Source of the DNA: Fonticula alba ATCC 38817
Taxonomy: Eukaryota; Protista; Nucleariida
NCBI GenBank assembly: GCA_000388065.2
Contig: KB932201.1
Length of the DNA: 30,996 nucleotides
Strand: one strand, 5' to 3'
The position numbers and the translations under genes were made by a program. The first letter of the stretch is position 1; each line of letters opens with the position of its first letter. The notes below the pieces were generated by a model that worked only from the letters and a program-made list of their open reading frames with translations, searched no databases and was not told the origin of the DNA. Shown in pieces: positions 22,825 through 30,996 of the stretch.

Positions 22825-24014
22825 GTGTTGCCAGGCGATCACAAATGGATGGAGGGGGAGAGGGGCTGGGGGAGACGGCGAGGCGCCGCAGAAAGCCGAG
22901 AAGAGGGAGGGAGGAGGGGAGGGAGCGAGGACATTGCTGGCCATCTCTCCGCGGGCCGGGAGCCGTTTTGGGCATGGTACATGAAAAATACAACCTCCTC
23001 GAGGGGGGGCCCCGGGGGACACGCCCACTGAGTGAACACACGCCCTGTCTGGTAAAAAAATGCCTCAAGGCAGAGAGATGGAGAGAGAGACGGAGAGACG
23101 GAGAGAGCGAGAGAGAGAGAGGGAGAGAAAGAGCGCAATGACACGCGGGTGTGTGACGCCCGGTCCGCGGCAACGATCGGGGCGGAAAATACGCAGGCAG
23201 CGGGCGCGGGGCGCAAGCGAGGAAGGGGGAAGGAGCGGGGGGGGAGGAGAGAGAGATCGCCCTGATCGAACGCCATGATGACAAAGAGAGCCTTTGCGAT
23301 GGGAGATCACGTCCCGGAGGCATGAGTCATTGGGCCCGTGATCATCCATTAGCAGTTATTAACTGAGGCGGAAATGGTCCAGTGCGTGGGGGTCTAAGAC
23401 GGAGCAAATGCAGAGATAGCTGGTGGTGGAAAAACGGCAATCGAGATCTCTAGGCGGGGGTGTATTTTTCATCGGCATCGATCGCACACAAACGAATGCT
23501 CGCCCTTTCCTCAAGTGTGTGTGCGCGTGTGTGCGTGCGTGTGTGCGGGGTTCTCTCTCTCTGCTGGGGGATAATAACCCATTGGAAGAGGCTGTGTGGG
23601 GAGGCCCCCTCTTGCTGTTGGCTGGGACACGGGTGAAAAGGTCGTGGTGTGCGAAGGGGGGGCCGGAGATCTAGGGGGGGGGAGGAAGGGGGGTTGCATG
23701 GGTGGTGGCGGCGACGGGGCGCACGCTCAGTCCCAGGAGGAGGGAGATCGTCTCTCTCTCTCTCTCTCTCTCGGGGGGGACAGAGGCAGGCACATGCTCG
23801 AAAGGTGAAAGGGGAGGGGGGGGGGCGGGAGGGGAACAAGGACGGATATGCATCACCCGGAGGGGACGGCAGGCGGGTCTGGAGTGGATGCCCAGGCACA
23901 CGACGATGGGGGGGGGGGGGGGGGGGGAGGTGGCAGGAGCAGTCCACCCCCAGGCGCACACGGGGAAGAAGAAGAAGAAAGAAGGGGCCGGGTGGAGGGG
24001 GGCTTTTTTTGCTG

Positions 24015-27000
24015 CTACTGACGCGACTTCGAGGCACCCCCGGCCATGGTGGTAGACAGGGAGGCGGGCAGCCGGTGAGAGGGGGGCTCGGCGCCAGGGC
24101 CAGAAGAGGCAGTGGCGGCCGGGCCGGGCCCGGGGCCGGAGGCTGTCAGTGGCTCGGGCGTGGCAAGCGATCGCCGATTGAAGCGGATCCCGCCGGCCGA
24201 GGGGATGGGGCCGCTGGTGCTGAGGGCAGGGGGCAGGGCCACGGGTACACCGGCTGTTTGGGCGGACACCGGCCGAGTGGTCGGCCGGGCAGTCGCGGAG
24301 GCCGGTGGCATGGGCGGTGGCGGAGGCTGGTCTCGGTCACCCGTGGCTGGGGGAAGGGGCGGCGAGCCTGGATGCTGGGGGGGGTTGGTGGCCTGGGGGC
24401 CGGTGCTGCCGGGAGGGGGGTGAGGCCGGCGCTCGCCCGGGAAGTAGAGTGGCCGAATCCGGGCAAGAATGTCCTCGCGCATGCGTGCCGGGGTGGCGGC
24501 CGCCCCCACGTTGAAGCTGATGCTGGGCGACACGCAGGGGAGGATCTGCTCAATGGCCAAGTAGTGGGTCTCTGCACGGTGCCAGGGAGATGCGTTGTCA
24601 GAAGGGGGCCAAAGGCGGGTCGGAGGACGGGGCGGAGGAGGCGATAAAAAAGCGCGCGTGCGCGCGAGAAAGGGAGGGGCAGAGAGAGAGGGAGGCAGAG
24701 GGAGGCAGAGGGAGGCAGAGGGAGGCAGAGAGAGAGGGAGGCGGAGAGAGAGGGAGGCGGAGAGAGGCAGAGAGAGAGAGAGAGAGAGGCAGAGAGAGAC
24801 AAGGAGGATGCGCCAACGTACCGGAGCCCGTGATGTTGTCAAAGGCAGCCATGTCGAAGCGGGGAACCAGGGAAGTGACAATTTGGATGCACGCAAGTAG
24901 AACATAGACAGGGTGGAACTTCAACACAATCGGGGTGGTATAGCTGCGTATGCCAGGGATGGGGGGGGAGGAGGGACCGTGAGAAGGGTGCAGGACAGAG
25001 AGAGGCAGGGAGAGGGACGGGGAAAGGGGGCCGCGGCTCCCTCTGCTTCTCGGCGTCCGGGAGAACAGCGCGGGAAGGACCAAGCAGGCAGGTGCACGTC
25101 AGGCGGCTGGGGCTTGGGCGCACGTCTTCATCAGCAGGCGCTGGGTCGAGCGGTAGACGTAGTCGTAAACCCGCATGTCGTTGCCGGGAGAAATGGCCTG
25201 CAGGTGGTCCTTCAAGTGAGAAAGGAGGAACGAAAGGTCATGGTACGGGGTGTAGACGTCAAAGTTGAAGGCCAGCACATCGGACAGGAGGATGGTCTCG
25301 CAGCGGACGATTCCCTTGAAGATGTCCTGCAGCATGGCGCGGATCTTGCGCACGGCCGGCGGATCGGCGGGGGTGCTGGTGCCGGCGCCGGCGCCGGTGC
25401 CGCTGGCGCCACTGCCGCTGCCGCTGCCGCTGCCACTGGCCGAATGGCCATTGATGGTCGCTCCCATGCCCCCGGCCCCCCCCGGGGGGGACCTCGTTCC
25501 GCCAGTGAGGTCGGCCGTGCTGGAGGAGGCGGACACCGGGCGCGAGGGACGCTGGAGCCGACTGGCCGGGGGGGAGGGGCCCGGGCCGCCGGGCCGAGGG
25601 GCGCGACCAGCCGGGTCCCCGCCCGCCGGGCCAGCTGAGGAGGATGCCCGGCTGGAGGGTGGGGGGGGATCGATTTTCAAGATTTCACGGCAATAACAAT
25701 CGATGATGTGATTGGACCGACGGCTGGGCTCGTCGGCCGCCTTGGCCGCGACAAAGAGACACGCCAGGGCGATGTGCTCCGGGGCTGACTCCTTCAGGGA
25801 GAAGGAGGCCAAAAACCGGTGGAAGAATGTGAGGGCGGTTGTGACGGTTTGAATGTTGCTGTGTGTGTGTGTGTACGGGGGGGATCCGAAGGGGGATGGT
25901 CAGGTGGGGCATGGGGATCGTCATGTGTGGGCGAGGGGGGAGGAGGGGCGGGAGGGGAAAGAAGAGACACGCACTAGCCGAGCTTGTCGGCGACCGTGTA
26001 GATATGCTGACAGGAGGAGTCCCGAAGCACGTCGATCCGCTCCTTGGGAAGGGACGCGAGCGAGGGGCATTGGGCCAGCTGCTCCTCGGTGAAGGTCCAA
26101 AAGGGCGTCCGGGTGTGGTAGGGATATTTGCGAAGGGGGAGCTGCTCGCTGTCGTGGGCGTACACAAGCAGCTCCATCACGGCCTTTTGGAAGAGGCCGA
26201 ATGGCCCGGCGGGCATATCATCCGGCCGAGGCTGGGACCCAGGGCCGGGGCTGGGCGAGCGACTGGGCGAACGGGAGCGCGACCCGGAAAAGGACCAGGC
26301 TGACAGGACACTCCGGGCTCGGTGAGGGGCCTCCTGGTGTGGGGAGGTACTACGACTACGACTGCGGCCGAGGCGGCCGAGGCGACTCCGACTGCGACTG
26401 CGACTGCGACTGCGACCGCGACTGCGACTCCGACTCCGACTGTGAGTGCGGCTACGACCGCGGCTGAAGCTACGACTGCGACTCCGACTGCGGCTGCGAC
26501 TCCGACTGCGGCTGCGGCTGCGACTGGCAGGGCGGATCCAAGGGAGGTCGCGGCCGGGCGAGATGGTGGGGGAGCGAGAGCGTGATCGTGACCGCGAAAA
26601 GGACCGCGATCGCGACCGGGAAGGGGACCGCGATCGCGACCGGGAAGGGGAACGGGACCGCGAGCGCGAGACGTCACGGCCACCGGCCCCCCCGCCAGAG
26701 GCCCAGCTGAGGGAGAAAAGCCCGCCTCCGGAGGCCGCCGATGGCCGGGCCGGACTCGGGGAGCGGGGATACTGGCGGCCGGGACGCCGGCCAGCGGCAT
26801 TCCGAACCGGCGACCGGGCATACCGCGACCGAGAGCGCGACCGGGAGCGCGACCGGGACCAGGACCGAGATCGGGACCGGGACCGAGATCGGGACCGGGG
26901 AGTTCGCGAATGTGGACGCGAGTGCTCCGGCGACCGCGACATCGACCGGTCATAGCGGCTAAGGCGCCGGCTGCTCTCCCCGTAGCGAGACAGCGACTCG

Positions 27001-27041
27001 GACCGAGGCGAGGCAGAGCCCCGATGGCGGACGTATGACAT
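24015..27041 (-). CDS. Transcription-type cyclin (cyclin T/K-like) with N-terminal RS domain and Pro-rich tail, about 826 aa; exons 27041-25975, 25858-25124, 24943-24822, 24571-24015
   Basis: Three introns with phases 2,2,1 give 2481 nt. FWTFTEEQLAQCPS resembles the cyclin T/K N-terminal W.F..eqL...PS motif. Cyclin box 1 is KLGYNIQTVTTALTFFHRF...IALACLFVAAK. Later elements are E..LL..L.F.F.V..PY and box 2 YTTPIVLKFHPVYVLLACI. A CAG acceptor directly before G-ATG (27045-27043) means an upstream exon is possible. Confidence 0.87.
24691..24730. repeat. (GGAGGCAGAG)4 decamer tandem repeat within an AG-rich tract, in cyclin intron 3
   Basis: Four exact copies, with degenerate copies extending to about 24800. 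Confidence 0.85.
26348..26900 (-). repeat. Coding hexamer repeats encoding RS dipeptide blocks
   Basis: CGCAGT/CGGAGT/CGGTCC/CGGTCG-type units at ~26348-26527, ~26574-26670 and ~26820-26900 translate to (SR)n in the cyclin frame. Confidence 0.9.
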
Positions 27042-27552
27042 CCTGCACCGGGAGGCGACTCAGGGGGATGCACGGCTAGCAGGAAGCAGCAGCACGGGGG
27101 GGGNNNNNNNNNNGGGGGGGGGGGGGGGGGCAGCCTGTGGACAGGGCAAGGCCCAGGCAGATGCTTGCCCTTCCGACTGGCGCAGTGGCACATACAGGGG
27201 AAGGGAGAGGGGAGAGGGGAAGGGAGTGCACATGCGCAGCCGGGCGGGGGCAAATGACGGCGACGACAGCAGGAGCACCGGTGGCGATGACGCTTCATGC
27301 ACCATGACCCTCCTCAGGGGGGAAGAGTCCCCCCAAGAGAGAGAGAGAGGGAGAGAAGGAGAGAGAGGGAGAGCAAGATGCACATACGCATACGCCGAAA
27401 GAGCGCAAGGAGCAAGAGAGCGACACGAGGAGAGGAAGAGGCGGAGAGAAGGGCAGAAGAAACGGCGTCGAGAGGGGAAGGGGAAAGGAGAGTGGAGGAC
27501 CCTCGGAGGAAAGCCCGAGAGAGAGAGAGGGGGGAGGGGGGGGGGGGGATGA

Positions 27553-29457
27553 TCAGCACGCACTCAGGGCCTGGAGGGCGGCGCGAGTGGACTCGCGGCG
27601 AGCGCGACGGGCGGCCATGCGGGCCTCGTAGTCGGACATGTCTTCGGTGGCGGAGGGGGCACTCGGGGAGCTAGGCGGCGACTCGGCAGGGGGCGGAGTG
27701 GCGGCGGCGACGGCGGCGGCGGCGGGGGGGGCGACGGTGATGGCGGGCTCGACGTCGGTGATGTCGAAGCTGATGGCACAGGCGTTGACGAAGCTGGGCT
27801 GCTCGGTGGTGGGGGCGGCAGCGGGCTCGGCGGCGATCGGGGTCTCTTCCGGCAGGCAGGAAGAAGAAGCAGGGGCGGTGTTCACACGAAGGGGCGCGGC
27901 AGAGGGGGAGGATGAAACTGCGGTCTCGGAGGCACAGAGGGCCGGACTGTCGAAAACCGGCGACGTCGGCATGGCAGAGGAGGGAGGCGACAGGGCGTCA
28001 GTGACCGGGGCAATGGCAGCAGGACCCGAAGAGACGGTGACAGGGACGATGGCTGGCTGGGCGGCGGAAGGGCCGGCGGCCGGGCGCGCCCCCTCCGGCT
28101 GGTAGCCAGGCGAGGCAATCAGCGGAGGGGTCGCGGTCAGGGCCAGCAAGTCGGACGACGGGCCAGGGGCGCCGCCGCCGACCGGCGCGGCCGTCACCGG
28201 CGGTTGGACACACTGGATGCTAATGGCGCTGCTGGCCGACAGGCAGGGCTGGCTGGTCGAGCTGCCCCCGCCGGGGGCCGCGGCCCCCGGGCCGGAGCTC
28301 AGCGACAACTGCGAAGAGGATGCAGTCGACGCCCGGCGCCCGGCCAAATGCAAGTTCTCCGTGGAGGTGGCGCGGCTGCCGCCGGCCGCCGCCTGCGGAT
28401 CCAGCAGGAACTGGCTGTAATCGCCCTTGGTGCGAGGCGGGGCGATGCTGGCCCGGCGGTCGCCGCCATTGCCCCCGGTCGGGCCGGAGAAGGAACCCCC
28501 CCGACCGGAGGAGGCCCGCGGCGTGGGCGTCGAAATCGAGGAGTACGTCGATCCGCCGGTCACGCCGGGGACCGCGGCACTGGCCACCGCGGCGAAGGCC
28601 GCCGCCGCGGCCGACGCCAAAGCCTGGCTCGGCCGGCGCTTCATCGAGGCCGAGTCCTTGGATGGCCCGGCGCTGCCGGCGGCCTGGCCGCTGTTGGCCG
28701 GCACCGCGTCCGGCAAATTCGTGAAGGAGCTGTGCACCGAACGCGCATGGTGATCATGCGACATGCGCCGGAGCGAGGCCCCCCGGCGCAGGGCCCCCGG
28801 CGGCGGGGTCCCAATGTCACCCAGGTCGAAGTTCGCGTCGAGCCCCCCACCGCCGGCGGCATCCAAATGCGAGGACGACTGCCGCCGCATGGAGAGCGAC
28901 GACGAGCCGGAGATGCTGATCGTGCTCTTGCGACGCATCGACAGCTTCCGGCCGACAAGGTGCGACACGGAGTGCCGGCGCCCGGCCGACCGCGCGTCGG
29001 CGTCCGCCGTCGGCGAGGGCGGCCCCGTCACGGCGGTCGTGCGCGGGACCGTGCGCCCCGCGCCATGGGCACCCCCGCCACCGGGCCGCTCGGCACTCAG
29101 CGACAGCGAGGATGCCGAAGACCCGGGCCCGGGCGCATCGCCACTCGACCCGGTGGCCCCCAGCCCCGGCGAGAGGGGCATGGTCGCCACCGAGCCCGAG
29201 GGCGAGAGCGCCCCCTCGGCCGACGACGGGCCCGGACTACCGCCAAAGGAGGGGCCGGGGCTGCCGATGGCCTTGGCGCCGCCGCCATCTGACCCCGGGG
29301 CCAAGTCGGCCGCCGGGGGGCCGCTGCCGGCGTGGTCACTGCCACGCCGCGACCCGGTGTCTCCGGGACCGGCATCGGCACCCTCGGCCGACTGCTGCTC
29401 CGGGCGCCGACGCGTCATCCGGCGCACGAGGTTCGACATGCGGCTTCCAAGGCCCAT
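27553..29457 (-). CDS. Hypothetical intrinsically disordered Ser/Gly/Ala/Pro-rich protein, about 634 aa, with many RRxS motifs and a C-terminal charged helix; the 3' end may be spliced
   Basis: A 1905-nt open frame from ATG 29457 (MGLGSRMSNLVRRMTRRR) with G/C-rich third positions, preceded on the coding strand by pyrimidine-rich non-coding-like sequence. It ends DMSDYEARMAARRARRESTRAALQAL. No globular domain was recognised. Confidence 0.72.
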   Translation of the reverse strand: MGLGSRMSNLVRRMTRRRPEQQSAEGADAGPGDTGSRRGSDHAGSGPPAADLAPGSDGGGAKAIGSPGPSFGGSPGPSSAEGALSPSGSVATMPLSPGLGATGSSGDAPGPGSSASSLSLSAERPGGGGAHGAGRTVPRTTAVTGPPSPTADADARSAGRRHSVSHLVGRKLSMRRKSTISISGSSSLSMRRQSSSHLDAAGGGGLDANFDLGDIGTPPPGALRRGASLRRMSHDHHARSVHSSFTNLPDAVPANSGQAAGSAGPSKDSASMKRRPSQALASAAAAAFAAVASAAVPGVTGGSTYSSISTPTPRASSGRGGSFSGPTGGNGGDRRASIAPPRTKGDYSQFLLDPQAAAGGSRATSTENLHLAGRRASTASSSQLSLSSGPGAAAPGGGSSTSQPCLSASSAISIQCVQPPVTAAPVGGGAPGPSSDLLALTATPPLIASPGYQPEGARPAAGPSAAQPAIVPVTVSSGPAAIAPVTDALSPPSSAMPTSPVFDSPALCASETAVSSSPSAAPLRVNTAPASSSCLPEETPIAAEPAAAPTTEQPSFVNACAISFDITDVEPAITVAPPAAAAVAAATPPPAESPPSSPSAPSATEDMSDYEARMAARRARRESTRAALQALSAC

Positions 29458-29806
29458 GGCTGCGGTGCTGCTACTGCTGGATGGCAAGGAGAAAGAAGAG
29501 GGGGGACTCCGAAAGGGAAGGCCGGAGACGGATGGCCGAGGGGACGGAAGGGAAGCCGCCTCGAGAAAGAGAGAGGAAGGGCAAGAGAGGGAGGGGAACG
29601 GAACAACTGGCAAGGAAGGCAGGGAAGTGGGAGAGGAGCGGATGGAAAGAAGGACAGAGAAGGGGGGATGCACTTTGCAAAGATTGGCCCGGGGCTGCGA
29701 AAATGCCGCCACGGTGCCATAAGAACATGCGGCACTGACCGCCGCCCGGGGAGAGGAGGGCCTACATTGCTGGATGTTCCTGGCCGACATGCATCGGGCT
29801 GGCGAT

Positions 29807-29851
<45 letters not shown>

Positions 29852-30073
29852 GCCCCCCCCCCCCCCCCCCCCCNNNNNNNNNNNNNNNNNNNNNNNNNNN
29901 NNNNNNNNNNNNNNNNNNNNNNNNNNNNNNNNNNNNNNNNNNNNNNNNNNNNNNNNNNNNNNNNNNNNNNNNNNNNNNNNNNNNNNNNNNNNNNNNNNNN
30001 NNNNNNNNNNNNNNNNNNNNNNNNNNNNNNNNNNNNNNNNNNNNNNNNNNNNNNNNNNNNNNNNNNNNNNNNN

Positions 30074-30168
30074 GTCCAAAGGCACGGGCATGCGAGCACC
30101 CTCCCAGGGGGGGGGGCCGACATGCCCCTCCCCGAGGGAGCGCGCGAACGCAAGACACACAGACAGCC
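30074..30168 (+). repeat. 95-bp dispersed duplicate, copy 2 (identical to 20356-20450)
   Basis: Exact match, starting immediately after the 200-N gap. Confidence 0.9.
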
Positions 30169-30996
30169 GCGCACGCCCAGGGAGCCAACTGTCTCTCCCA
30201 GACACTCAGATTGGTCTGCCCGGTTGTCACCGGCCGCGCCGATCGAAGGGGAAGCGGAATGCGCACCCGGGCCCAGCCCCCACCCCCGGACGTGGCACCA
30301 TCAAAGACGCCAGGCGTCCGCCGCTCGCCTCCCGGCAACCCCCCTGAGCCTCCCCCCGGCCCTGGCCCTGGCTCCCTCCTCCAAAGGAGGGGAGGGAGAG
30401 AGAAACAAAAAATAACCACATATACAGACACCGGCGCGGCACAAGGAGAGGGGCAGAAGAAGGGAGGAGGAGGAATGACACGCACACTCGGACTCATCGT
30501 CTGCTCACAGGGAAGGGGGGACATAGCGAGGGGGCACGCCGAAACACAGGCACCATAGGACACATGCAGACAGACACACACACACAAACGCAGAGACACA
30601 CGCCGCGCATGCACGCACGCGAGAGGGGCAAATGAGCAGGGGGGCAGATCGCCAAAGAGGGGATGGGGAACACACGCGTCAGCCACCAGGGAAGAGAGGT
30701 CAAAACATGTGCAGAGTGCGCGCAGAGGCACGCGCGTGTGCACATTCGCGCGCTGCATCATAGGATGAGTGTGTTCATTCTTGCTCGTTCGCTCTCTCTC
30801 TCTCTCGCTCGCTCTCTCTCTCTCTCTCGCTGGATCCCCGCTCTTCCTGGTGCCTCTAGTGAGATGGCGTTCCGGCGCGGCGCGCAGAGCGCCCCCCGGC
30901 CCTCCCCCTGCCCAGGAGAGTCAAAGACCCGCCGAGGGCAGGGGAGGCAAAGGCGCGAACTCATGCGCGCCGGGCCACCAAGGAGACGGGGAGGGG

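Noticed and set aside
26446-26955. + strand ORFs with RLRL/RDRD repeats (and TATA/DCDC frames)
   Set aside because: Alternative frames of the RS-coding hexamers. Only the minus RS frame runs into a cyclin fold.
20943-27041. JmjC oxygenase next to an RS-domain protein (JMJD6 modifies RS proteins)
   Set aside because: The enzyme looks cupin_8/FIH-like rather than JMJD6-like, and eukaryotic neighbours are usually not functionally linked. No shared regulatory evidence.
1-30996. CRISPR array, tRNA, rRNA, snRNA, SRP, RNase P, telomerase template, transposase or integrase
   Set aside because: No regularly spaced repeats with unique spacers and none of the diagnostic motifs were seen by eye. A covariance-model search would be needed to exclude divergent RNAs.

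Overview
This is a GC-rich eukaryotic draft-assembly window with spliceosomal introns, microsatellites and nine N-gaps. Gene content and style suggest a unicellular opisthokont such as Fonticula; that is an inference, not a lookup. Five protein-coding genes can be supported, four of them rebuilt across introns with phase-consistent splice junctions. (1) + strand, 3241-10071: a ~2150-aa adhesion-receptor-like protein (signal, Calx-beta, Thr stalk, Cys-rich repeats, IPT/TIG-like, PKD/REJ-like, GPS autoproteolysis motif, one TM helix, PPxY and acidic tail). The other four are tandem on the - strand: (2) an EP-repeat/LIM/C-terminal-CH cytoskeletal adaptor, (3) a 6-exon JmjC (cupin_8/FIH-like) oxygenase, (4) a cyclin T/K-like protein with an unusual ~300-aa N-terminal RS domain, and (5) a disordered Ser/Gly/Pro-rich protein with 11 PKA-type motifs. 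A ~7.4-kb interval (10072-17465) has no recognisable gene but contains a 40-bp perfect foldback and other structured elements. A 95-bp sequence is exactly duplicated upstream of genes 2 and 5. No rRNA, tRNA, CRISPR array or transposase was recognised.
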